From a virus: a stretch of 64,000 nt of DNA. Shown piece after piece: positions 9,062 through 17,853 of the stretch. Location of the stretch: the IMG/VR virus record IMGVR_UViG_3300032304_000672, positions 39,696 through 103,695 of that record; one strand, 5' to 3'. Every line of letters starts with the position of its first letter. Positions within the stretch are counted from its first letter, which is position 1. The translations under genes and the position numbers were made by a program. Under the pieces are notes generated by a model. That model searched no databases. It had not been told where the DNA came from and saw only the letters and a list, made by a program, of their open reading frames with translations.

Positions 9062-10552
9062 ATGGCACTTACAACAGAAATTGGTTTAGTTAAAACGGAA
9101 ATAGCTTCATCGCTAGCCGCTTCTCTATATACCGCAAAAGATTTAGTATACGTAGCAAAGGCGATTGAAGCCCTAGCAAATGCAGAGACAACAACTGGAG
9201 TCTTTGAGACAGTCGATGTAAACTCTCTTCTATATGTTGGCCCAAATGCAGACACATTTAATACAGCGGCGGGACTAACAAATCCTGTAATCGTTGCACA
9301 GATATCAAATAATGATTATGCTCAAATAGCATTTAAGAATACCAGCTCAGGCACAAACGCCTCAACAGACTTTATTGCATACTCAAACAATGGAACAGAC
9401 TCAGATGGATACATTGATATGGGTATTACTTCACAAAACTTTTCAGACCCAGATTTTACTATTACAGGAGCTGGCGATGGATATATATTTATGGTCGGTG
9501 CCGCAGGCGGAGCAGATAAGGGTAACTTAGTACTTGCTACATCCGATACAGGTTCACAAAACAAAATTATTTTCGCAGCAGGTGGCTTAGCATCTGATGA
9601 TACTCAAATGGTTATTACTCCAAATCAGAATGTACATATTGAAATTCCAACCCCCTCAACATCACCAACTACTGGTGCATTAACAGTTGTCGGTGGCGTA
9701 GGTATATCTGGCGATATTAATATTGCTGGTAACGTAACATTTGGTGGAACAGGAACTACTCTTGAAACATCTACTCTTGCAGTAGCAGATCCACTAATAT
9801 TCGTAGGTAATGATAATATTACAGATGCCGTAGACCTAGGACTAATTACAGAATATGGCACAGCATTAGCTTCAACACTAACAGGAACAATTACAAATAA
9901 AGCATTGACTTCAAATGTAGCAACACTTACAACTGGAGCAACTCATGGATTTGCAATCGGAGACATTGTAGTAGTAGCTTCAGTAGATGCAACATTTAAC
10001 GGAACACATGTAGTTAAAGCAGTTCCAACAACAACAACTTTCACATTTGATAAGACAAACGCTAACGTAACTTCAGCGGCAGTTAGCCCAGCAGGAACAT
10101 TCTCAGCGTCAACAAAACGCAGATTCGCAGGAGCAGTAAGAGATGCCTCAGATGGAGTAATTAAAGTATTTAAAGATGCTACAACTAAACCATCTGGCAC
10201 AGTTAACTTCTCAGAAAGCGGACTTGCATTTGCAGATATGAGAATGGCAGGACTAACAGCATCTTCAATTACAGTCGGAGATGTATCAAACACAGAATTT
10301 GGATATTTGAACGGTGTTACAAGTGCCATTCAAACACAGCTAGATGCTAAAGCCGTATATCCATCACAAACTTCTAACAGTGGTAAATATCTTACTACTG
10401 ACGGAAGCGCAACATCTTGGGCAACGGTAGATGCCCTTCCAGCACAAGCAAATAATTCTGGATATTATCTAACCACAAATGGTACAGCGGCATCATGGGC
10501 AGCACTTGTCACTGATCCGAATCCACAAATATTCATGATGATGGGAGCATAA
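9062..10552 (+). CDS. Virion fibre protein, paralog 3
   Basis: N-terminus and core homologous to 165. Two P.Q..NSG.YLTT.G.A.SWA repeats. Ends DPNPQIFMMMGA*. TGCTATAAT and AAGGAG upstream. Confidence 0.75.
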   Translation: MALTTEIGLVKTEIASSLAASLYTAKDLVYVAKAIEALANAETTTGVFETVDVNSLLYVGPNADTFNTAAGLTNPVIVAQISNNDYAQIAFKNTSSGTNASTDFIAYSNNGTDSDGYIDMGITSQNFSDPDFTITGAGDGYIFMVGAAGGADKGNLVLATSDTGSQNKIIFAAGGLASDDTQMVITPNQNVHIEIPTPSTSPTTGALTVVGGVGISGDINIAGNVTFGGTGTTLETSTLAVADPLIFVGNDNITDAVDLGLITEYGTALASTLTGTITNKALTSNVATLTTGATHGFAIGDIVVVASVDATFNGTHVVKAVPTTTTFTFDKTNANVTSAAVSPAGTFSASTKRRFAGAVRDASDGVIKVFKDATTKPSGTVNFSESGLAFADMRMAGLTASSITVGDVSNTEFGYLNGVTSAIQTQLDAKAVYPSQTSNSGKYLTTDGSATSWATVDALPAQANNSGYYLTTNGTAASWAALVTDPNPQIFMMMGA

Positions 10553-10553
10553 C

Positions 10554-10886
10554 ATGCCAACAACTTATAAGGTACTAGGAAGAAAAGCTTCAGCGGCTAC
10601 AACAATGGAAGAACTCTATGCAGTTCCTTCATCTACTTCAGCAGTAATTTCAACAATTACAGTATGCAATAGAGCGGCGGCAGCAAGAACATACAGAATT
10701 GCAATCAAGCCAGCAACAGGAACAACATTAGCAAACGAACACTATGTAGCTTATGATGTAACAATTGCAGCAAATGACACAACTGCTTTGACACTTGGTC
10801 TAACACTTGCAACAGGTAATTCAATTCAAGTATACGCATCTGCAGCAGATTTAACTTTCCAGGCTTTCGGCTCAGAGATATCGTAA
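10554..10886 (+). CDS. Small beta-rich virion adaptor protein
   Basis: MPTTYKVLG...LYAVPSSTSAVISTITVCN...HYVAYD...FQAFGSEIS, a recurrent family in phage fibre loci. Confidence 0.65.
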   Translation: MPTTYKVLGRKASAATTMEELYAVPSSTSAVISTITVCNRAAAARTYRIAIKPATGTTLANEHYVAYDVTIAANDTTALTLGLTLATGNSIQVYASAADLTFQAFGSEIS

Positions 10887-10901
10887 TAGGAGGAATAGTT
10901 A

Positions 10902-11789
10902 ATGACTGTTTCTCGTTTTAATAAATCAACAGTTAAAACTGGTAATCCAAAATATAATACTTTTAATGATAGTGTTATTCCTGCAAATGGAGTAGAGGTA
11001 TTAATCGTCGGCGGCGGAGGCGGCGGAGGATTTGCAGCAGGCGGAGGCGGCGGAGGCGGCGGGGTCGTATATCTTCCTTTATATCAGGTAGCTTTAGGAC
11101 AAACATATAGCGTAATTGTTGGCGGTGGACAAGCGGGCGCAACTACCTATCCACAAACACTTAGCAATGGGCAAAATAGTTCATTTGATAACATAATTGC
11201 ATATGGTGGTGGAAGCGGTGCAGGGTACACGGGAAATGGTAACTCATCCGCAACAGGCGGAGGATCAGGAGGATCTGGAAGCGGAACGAACGGATCTAGC
11301 AGTTATCAAAATCAAGGATTCGATGGAGGTTTTGGAAGAAACGTTGGCGGCGGCGGAGGCGGCGGCGCAGGAGGACCTGGGCAAAGCCCCTTGGTAACTA
11401 CTGGAATGGCAAATATGGCAGGATCTGGTGGTCCTGGAGTTTTATTTTATGAAAATTATTATGGCGGCGGAGGCGGCGGTGGTGGATTTAATCCTGCAAC
11501 CTATCCAGCAAATGGCGGAGTTGGAGGCGGTGGCGCAGGAGGAGTTGCAACAGATTCTGGCGCAGAATCACCTGCACCAACTCCTGGGACAAATGGACTA
11601 GGCGGCGGAGGCGGCGGTGGTGGAGGATCGAAAAATGGAGCAGCAGGTGGTAATGGAACCGTGATAATAGTTTATCCTATTTCACAACGTGCAGCGATTG
11701 CTACAACAGGAACAGTTAACATCACAACATATAGCGGTGGAACAAAACGTGCATATATATTTACATCAACTGGGAGTATAACTTTCTAA
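10902..11789 (+). CDS. Glycine-rich virion tip/adhesin protein 3
   Basis: VEVLIVGGGGGGG...GGNGTVIIVY scaffold; SD AGGAGG. Confidence 0.7.
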   Translation: MTVSRFNKSTVKTGNPKYNTFNDSVIPANGVEVLIVGGGGGGGFAAGGGGGGGGVVYLPLYQVALGQTYSVIVGGGQAGATTYPQTLSNGQNSSFDNIIAYGGGSGAGYTGNGNSSATGGGSGGSGSGTNGSSSYQNQGFDGGFGRNVGGGGGGGAGGPGQSPLVTTGMANMAGSGGPGVLFYENYYGGGGGGGGFNPATYPANGGVGGGGAGGVATDSGAESPAPTPGTNGLGGGGGGGGGSKNGAAGGNGTVIIVYPISQRAAIATTGTVNITTYSGGTKRAYIFTSTGSITF

Positions 11790-12709
11790 TGACAAAATCA
11801 TTTTCTACATCATCAATTAATTCTTTAATAAATCTTTCTTCTTTTAAAGATAAAATTTACGCAACTGGCGGTAATCAAGTTATTGATATTAATAATTTTA
11901 GATATCATGTATTTACAAGCGTAGGTTTGAATTCTTTTCAAGTTTTGTCTGGAAAACAAAGCGTGGAAGTAATGATGTGTGGCGGTGGTGGTGCTGGAGG
12001 ATACAGAATCGGCGGCGGTGGCGGTGGCGGAGAGTTAAAGTTATTCACAGCAACAACATTAAATCAAGGAGTATATCAAGTTATTGTAGGATACGGAGGT
12101 TTAAGAGGCACTGGTAGTAACGGGATAAAAAATAATGGTGGATCTTCCAGGCTTATAAAAGATTCAACAATTATTTTGTCGGCTTTAGGAGGCGGCGCTG
12201 GTGGCACACAAGGAAATGGTGATGGAAACACTGGAGGCTCTGGCGGCGGAGCGAACGAATGGTCGCTTACTGGAACTGGTGGAAAACCAGGCCTTGCTGT
12301 TGGATCTAATACAAATGCTGGTGGAGATTCAAGGACTAATCCCTGGGCAGGCGGTGGCGGTGGCGGAGTAACTGCTTCTGGTTCTTCAGCTTTTCCACTA
12401 GGAGGAAACGGCGGCGGAGGCGGCTCGGGAATTGTGTTAACAAATGTAGATTCAAATTTTACATCAGGAAATTTTTCAACATTTTCTGGAATGACAGTAA
12501 TTTGTTCTGGAGGTGGCGGAGGTTCTTATAATTCAGGCACAACTGGTGGACCTGGTGGCACTGGTGCAGGATCTGGAGGAACCCCTAGCGTTGTCGCTAC
12601 AAGCGCAACTTCTTTTGGCTCTGGCGGCGGTGGCGGCGGCGGAGATCAAGGTGGAGCACTTGGTTCAAGTGGGTACCAAGGTATTGTAGTTATTAAATAT
12701 TCTTTATAG
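11789..12709 (+). CDS. Glycine-rich virion tip/adhesin protein 4
   Basis: ATGG...FRYHVFT...VEVMMCGGGGAGG...GYQGIVVIKY scaffold; TAATG overlap. Confidence 0.7.
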   Translation: MTKSFSTSSINSLINLSSFKDKIYATGGNQVIDINNFRYHVFTSVGLNSFQVLSGKQSVEVMMCGGGGAGGYRIGGGGGGGELKLFTATTLNQGVYQVIVGYGGLRGTGSNGIKNNGGSSRLIKDSTIILSALGGGAGGTQGNGDGNTGGSGGGANEWSLTGTGGKPGLAVGSNTNAGGDSRTNPWAGGGGGGVTASGSSAFPLGGNGGGGGSGIVLTNVDSNFTSGNFSTFSGMTVICSGGGGGSYNSGTTGGPGGTGAGSGGTPSVVATSATSFGSGGGGGGGDQGGALGSSGYQGIVVIKYSL

Positions 12710-12724
12710 TAGTATAATAATATT

Positions 12725-14470
12725 ATGAGTTATCAACTGAAGGTAATTAAAGATTATCCGATTGGCTTTTGGCCGTTGGATGAATCTTCGGGTACCACCG
12801 CTTCTGATATTTCAGGATGTGGAAATAACGCTACTTATGTAGGATCACCTGCATCAAACATGTTACCAATTATTCCAGGCGGCGGATCAGGAACTAAGAT
12901 AACCAATACTGCTTATATAACAGTACCAACATCAAAAGACTTTTATGGCTCATCCGTTTCAAACGGACTAGGCAATAAATACTCTTCAGACAACGACTTC
13001 ACACTAGAATTATGGGTAAGCCCATCTATTCAGTCATCCACCCTAACCACACTGTTTGCAGACACTACAGACAAGATCGGTTTATATTGGGAAAAAGGCG
13101 ATGTTCTATTTAAGGTTACAGATACAGAACAAATTAGGTGGGCTGTAACATATAGCAAAAAGGCAATGCACATTGTAGGAATATATTCCGTAAACTCTAT
13201 TTCTTTATATATTGATGGAACTCAAGTAGCAACTAAAACTATAGACTCTAATTTTAAATTTACTAACACATCTTTAGACTTACAGATAGGACCAACATCA
13301 GATGCTGGAGATTCTTTTGTAGTAGATGCACCAGCAGTATATCGATATGGATTAAATGCGGCATCTATTAATAGACACTACAACGATGCCAATTATTACA
13401 TTCAGCCAATACATGTTGTTAACCCAGAAGAGGGAGTGTTATTTTCCTGCTCTGATAGAACAAATAAAATAGATTTTAGCTACACCTATGGAGTAGATGC
13501 AACATGGGATAGCTTTTTAGATTCAAATACTTACTATGACGATAAGGGAAAGTATATTGGATTTATTCCAACTGCCACCTCTGAATCAAAGTCATCGGTA
13601 ATTACTGATTTCTTGTTTATTCCAATGGAGTCGGGCTTTGTAGATTCTAAAATTGAATGGCGTAATGAATTAGGGATAACAGTAGAAACTAGCGTAGATG
13701 GAACTACTTACTCAACTTGCGTAAATGGAGAATCAATTCCACAATATAAAAAGGGCAGCTTCGGTACAAGCGGACTCCTATATATTAAAATTACTATGGC
13801 TACTACAGATGCCAGCAAGTTCTTGCCAAGATTATCATATTTCTCAATTAGATTTTATAGTCAGTCTAGAGTTTATGCAGATAACTTTAATAGTTATATT
13901 GAATCTAACAATCAATTCGCAATAGGATCTCTAAATTATTCCCCACTTCTAAGACATTACAATAATGGAATTAGACCAAATTCAGGATATGGATTTAATA
14001 TCAATACTGGATTAAATATAAATACAGTAGAGATGTTTTTTACTCCTAAAACAACTGGAGCAAATACTTTATTTAGCCATGCAGCATCAGGCACTAAGTA
14101 TGCCTGGAATGGGTCTGGCGTGGTCTCTAAGGCCTCTATAAGCAAAGTTTATATCAATGGGGTAGATAAGACCTCACAGACCAATATAAGCAATTTCCTG
14201 GTGGCTGGAGAGCCTCATCATATAGTCCTTGTATTTACTTCAGCAATAACTGGAGTCCTTCGGTTTAATTATGAAACTTCAGGCGGGCCAGATAATCTAT
14301 ACAATAACATAGCAATATATAATAGAACGCTTACTCAGGCAGATGTTACCGCCCACTTTGATTTATATTGTGGCAGACCAACCTCTACAATCACTGATCC
14401 TGTAATTGACCTGACAGAATTATCTCCTGAATATTACGATAATGACTGGGTCGTTATCCAAAGCGTCTAA
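12725..14470 (+). CDS. LamG/concanavalin A-like domain virion protein
   Basis: PIGFWPLDESSGTTA.D.SG, FTLELW, HIVGIY...ISLYIDG; second LamG-like half near the C-terminus (PHHIVLVF). Confidence 0.75.
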   Translation: MSYQLKVIKDYPIGFWPLDESSGTTASDISGCGNNATYVGSPASNMLPIIPGGGSGTKITNTAYITVPTSKDFYGSSVSNGLGNKYSSDNDFTLELWVSPSIQSSTLTTLFADTTDKIGLYWEKGDVLFKVTDTEQIRWAVTYSKKAMHIVGIYSVNSISLYIDGTQVATKTIDSNFKFTNTSLDLQIGPTSDAGDSFVVDAPAVYRYGLNAASINRHYNDANYYIQPIHVVNPEEGVLFSCSDRTNKIDFSYTYGVDATWDSFLDSNTYYDDKGKYIGFIPTATSESKSSVITDFLFIPMESGFVDSKIEWRNELGITVETSVDGTTYSTCVNGESIPQYKKGSFGTSGLLYIKITMATTDASKFLPRLSYFSIRFYSQSRVYADNFNSYIESNNQFAIGSLNYSPLLRHYNNGIRPNSGYGFNINTGLNINTVEMFFTPKTTGANTLFSHAASGTKYAWNGSGVVSKASISKVYINGVDKTSQTNISNFLVAGEPHHIVLVFTSAITGVLRFNYETSGGPDNLYNNIAIYNRTLTQADVTAHFDLYCGRPTSTITDPVIDLTELSPEYYDNDWVVIQSV

Positions 14471-14525
14471 ATTTGTCATCTTCCGTGACAAAAAGCTGGA
14501 CTTAAACCATAAAGAGTGGTAAAAT
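14471..14525 (+). promoter_or_regulatory. Inverted repeat TTTGTCA-N7-TGACAAA followed by promoter TGGACT-17-TAAAAT
   Basis: atttgtcatcttccgtgacaaaaagctggacttaaaccataaagagtggtaaaat; ATG 8 nt after the -10. Confidence 0.5.
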
Positions 14526-14533
14526 AAAATACT

Positions 14534-14878
14534 ATGGATATCAATAAAATAAATAGTCAAGTTATGGACGAAGAGTCTACCCTTGGGATCTATGTTTGGG
14601 AAATGCCAGACGGAAGATGGATTGGCGATGATGAGGGAAACTACTTGTCTATTACTTCTAAAAAGAATAATAAATCAAGAATTGAAGCCCTTGCTAAAGA
14701 GGTTAGAGGATTTGGTATCTATGAAGGGCAGCCTAAGTTTCTTAGCGCCCGTCGAAAAGTTACAGATGAAGAATTTGAAGAACAGCAATCAAGACTTAAG
14801 TGGGGCCTAGTTCCAGATCCTTTAGATATTGGTAACTACAAGGACGAAGTTAAAAAGTACGGTAATCTAAGGGGATAA
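14534..14878 (+). CDS. Hypothetical protein preceding portal
   Basis: 114-aa ORF; GIYVWEMPDGRW.GDD motif. Confidence 0.7.
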   Translation: MDINKINSQVMDEESTLGIYVWEMPDGRWIGDDEGNYLSITSKKNNKSRIEALAKEVRGFGIYEGQPKFLSARRKVTDEEFEEQQSRLKWGLVPDPLDIGNYKDEVKKYGNLRG

Positions 14879-14880
14879 AG

Positions 14881-16461
14881 ATGCAATTTATGGAAGACGA
14901 CGACTCAGCAGATATTTCAATTTCTAACATGGCGGATTGGATGAAGTTTAATACTCCAACACAATCAACAAGCAATGATCCTTTCAAGATTGAAGGAGAA
15001 GAGCTAACTAAAGTCTCAGGACTTGGTGCAACATTCCGTCGTAAAATGAATCGTGATCTTCAAAAGAGATTTCAAGGAATTGAAGGAACAGAGACTCAGC
15101 AGAACCTGCTTGCACAGGCAATTACAGGCTATGCAATGTTCGATCTTATTGAACCTCCATATAACTTAGATTATCTTTCTCGTATTTATGAAATTTCTCC
15201 ATATAACTATGCAGCAATTAATGCTAAAGTTTCTAATATCGTAGGCCTAGGCCACGACTTTGTAGAAACAAGAAAAACAAATGAAGCTTTCGATAATATT
15301 ACAGATGACAAGTCTTTAGAACGTGCACGACGTAAACTTAATAGACTACGTCAAGATCTATATGAGTGGTTAGAGCAGTGCAACGAAGAAGAAACATTTA
15401 CAGAAACATTAATAAAAGCTTACACAGATGTTGAATCTACAGGAAATGGCTATATCGAAATTGGCAGAACATCTGCTGGAAAGATTGGCTATATCGGACA
15501 TATTCCAGCAAAGACAATGCGTGTGCGTCGCCTACGTGATGGCTTTATTCAATTGCTTTACGGCAAGGCAGTTTACTTCCGTAACTTTGGAGATCAAGAT
15601 ACACCGAATCCGATTGATGGCGGACTAGAGAGACCAAATGAGATTATTCATTTAAAGAAGTACACTCCAACAAATAACTATTATGGTATTCCAGATATCG
15701 TAGCGTCTTCAAATGCTATGGCTGGAAACGAGTTTGCTGGCAAGTACAACCTTGATTACTTTGAGAATAAGGCGGTCCCAAGATACATTATCACAGTAAA
15801 GGGAGCTAAATTATCTACAGAGTCAGAGCGTAAGCTCCTTGAATTTTTCCAGGTTGGCCTAAGAGGAAAGAATCACAGATCCCTATATATTCCGCTTCCA
15901 CCAGATTCACCAGACTCAAAGGTTGAATTTAAGATGGAGCCAATTGAGGCAGGAACTCAGGAGTCCTCATTTAACGTGTATCGTAAATCTAATAGAGATG
16001 AAATCCTATTATCTCACCGTGTCCCAATTAATAAAATTGGAACTCCAGAAGGAGTTAATTTAGCGGTAGCAAGAGATGCCGATAAAACATTTAGAGAGCA
16101 AGTATGTCGTCCAGCTCAAATGAATTTAGAAAAGAAATTAAATAAAATTATTGAAGAGATGACCGATGCCCTATTACTTAAATTTAATGAGCTTACTTTG
16201 ACCGATGAGGATACTCAATCCAAGATCGATGAGCGATATTTGAGAATGCAGGTAATTACCCCTAATGAAGTTAGAATTAGAATGGGTATGGTTCCAATTG
16301 ATGGTGGAGATAAAGTCGTAGAATTAAAGCCACAAGCTGCAGCAGAACAAAGAGCCCAAGCAGGGCAGACCAGAACCAGAGATTCTGAAAGGTCTGCAAA
16401 TTCACCAGATATTTCTGGAGAGGGCAGAAATGCTCAGGGCGACGGAAGACAAGTCAACTGA
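14881..16461 (+). CDS. Portal protein (HK97/PBSX-type)
   Basis: GNGYIEI.R, NEIIH.K.YTP...YYGIP, YFEN.AVP, RDEIL..HRVP, ITPNEVR motifs; position before the protease and capsid genes. Confidence 0.92.
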   Translation: MQFMEDDDSADISISNMADWMKFNTPTQSTSNDPFKIEGEELTKVSGLGATFRRKMNRDLQKRFQGIEGTETQQNLLAQAITGYAMFDLIEPPYNLDYLSRIYEISPYNYAAINAKVSNIVGLGHDFVETRKTNEAFDNITDDKSLERARRKLNRLRQDLYEWLEQCNEEETFTETLIKAYTDVESTGNGYIEIGRTSAGKIGYIGHIPAKTMRVRRLRDGFIQLLYGKAVYFRNFGDQDTPNPIDGGLERPNEIIHLKKYTPTNNYYGIPDIVASSNAMAGNEFAGKYNLDYFENKAVPRYIITVKGAKLSTESERKLLEFFQVGLRGKNHRSLYIPLPPDSPDSKVEFKMEPIEAGTQESSFNVYRKSNRDEILLSHRVPINKIGTPEGVNLAVARDADKTFREQVCRPAQMNLEKKLNKIIEEMTDALLLKFNELTLTDEDTQSKIDERYLRMQVITPNEVRIRMGMVPIDGGDKVVELKPQAAAEQRAQAGQTRTRDSERSANSPDISGEGRNAQGDGRQVN

Positions 16462-16478
16462 CCCTACTCGACCAGTAT

Positions 16479-16507
16479 TTGCCTTATATACAATAACGTT
16501 ATAAAAT
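16479..16507 (+). promoter_or_regulatory. Promoter TTGCCT-17-TAAAAT (leaderless, protease/capsid operon)
   Basis: Exact 17-nt spacer; ATG 7 nt downstream. The same TTGCCT -35 occurs at 22128. Confidence 0.6.
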
Positions 16508-16514
16508 TAAGCAT

Positions 16515-17831
16515 ATGAACATTGAAAAATCACTTTGGTCTTCGCATGGCGACAACATTACGTTGTCCGTGCCATTCACCAAAGTTAACCGTGAAAAAAG
16601 AACAGTCTCAGGATTTGCAACTCTAGATAATCTTGATCAGACTGGTGATGTTGTTACAGCAGAAGCAAGCCTAAAAGCATTTGAAAGTTTTCGTGGAAAC
16701 ATTCGTGAGATGCACGGGTCAAACGCAGTTGGTAAAATGGTTTCATTTAAACCAGAAACATTTTATGATCCAACAACAAAAGAATTTTACAATGGAGTTT
16801 ATGTTGACGCATACATCTCAAAGGGCGCACAAGATACTTGGGAAAAGATTCTTGATGGCACATTAGCAGGATTTTCAATTGGCGGAAAGATTGTAGATTC
16901 AGAAAACGAAGTTAACAAGTCTACAGGTAAGCCAGTTAGATTTATTAAAGAATACTCATTGATGGAGTTGTCAGTAGTTGACTCACCAGCAAACGAGCTA
17001 TGCAACATCTTGTCTGTTCAGAAAATGAATGGTCAGCTAGTATTTAAAGGAATGGCAACAGAAGTTGTAGCAGAAAATATTTTTTATTGTGAAGATAGCG
17101 ATTCAGTATTTGTATCAACAGAGTCATCATATGATTCACCAGTTACAGGTAAGCCTGCAACATTGATCGGATGGGTAGAATCAAACGATGTTAACAAAGC
17201 AAAAGAAATAGATAAGATTCTTGATTTACATAAAAGATCAAGATTGTCCTTGCCTGAAACACAAATTGCAAAACAGGCAGACATAGAAGGAGGTAATGAA
17301 GTGTCAGAAAATACAGAAACAGTATCAGTCGAAGAGACTGTAGTAGAAACTCCTGTTGAAGAAGCACCAGTTGTTGCTGAAGAAGCACCAGCAGTTGTAG
17401 ACGCACCAGCAGAATCAACAGACGCTTCTGCCGAAACTCTAGAAAAAGCAGCCGACGTATCAGAAGTTATGGTTGATGAACCTGATTTTGCAAAGATGCT
17501 TGGCGATCTTAAGGGATTTTTCTCAGAGACATTGAATAAGGCTTCAGAAGCAAATGCTGCTCAAGTTACAACTATTAAAGATACAGTTGAAACTTTCAGC
17601 AAGAGCGTAGATGGTCGAATTTCAGAATTGGCAGAACAGCATGCAGCACTTTCAAAGGCTGTAGAAAATATCAAGAGCACGATTGATGGCGTAGAGAAGC
17701 GTGTCGATGCAGTAGAATCAGAGACTGCAATTAAGAAGTCCTCGGACCTTGGCGGGTCTCAGGAAGTAACAATCAAAAAATCAAAGTGGAACGGTTCTTT
17801 CCTCGGTTCCGTAAATGAAATTTTTAACTAA
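16515..17831 (+). CDS. Prohead maturation protease with C-terminal scaffold region
   Basis: VSGFAT...D..GD, IREMH, GFSIGG, ELSVVD.PAN (HK97 protease), followed by an acidic linker and coiled coil. Confidence 0.88.
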   Translation: MNIEKSLWSSHGDNITLSVPFTKVNREKRTVSGFATLDNLDQTGDVVTAEASLKAFESFRGNIREMHGSNAVGKMVSFKPETFYDPTTKEFYNGVYVDAYISKGAQDTWEKILDGTLAGFSIGGKIVDSENEVNKSTGKPVRFIKEYSLMELSVVDSPANELCNILSVQKMNGQLVFKGMATEVVAENIFYCEDSDSVFVSTESSYDSPVTGKPATLIGWVESNDVNKAKEIDKILDLHKRSRLSLPETQIAKQADIEGGNEVSENTETVSVEETVVETPVEEAPVVAEEAPAVVDAPAESTDASAETLEKAADVSEVMVDEPDFAKMLGDLKGFFSETLNKASEANAAQVTTIKDTVETFSKSVDGRISELAEQHAALSKAVENIKSTIDGVEKRVDAVESETAIKKSSDLGGSQEVTIKKSKWNGSFLGSVNEIFN

Positions 17832-17853
17832 AAAAGGTAGGTGAAAATATAAA

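Noticed and set aside
740-10329. Recurrent antisense ORFs over the fibre genes (e.g. 740..1111, 5751..6245, 9943..10329)
   Set aside because: These are shadows of Thr/Ala/Val codon bias in paralogous sense genes, with no SD or promoter support.
165-12709. Diversity-generating retroelement or shufflon behind the paralogous fibres
   Set aside because: No reverse transcriptase or invertase in the window, and all cassettes are co-oriented. Paralog differences look mostly synonymous rather than adenine-specific; the longest identity I noticed is ~30 bp (6973 vs 10130).
2085-12709. Collagen-like repeats as substrate of the prolyl-hydroxylase-like enzyme
   Set aside because: The Gly-rich proteins have poly-Gly runs, not sustained Gly-X-Y triplets.
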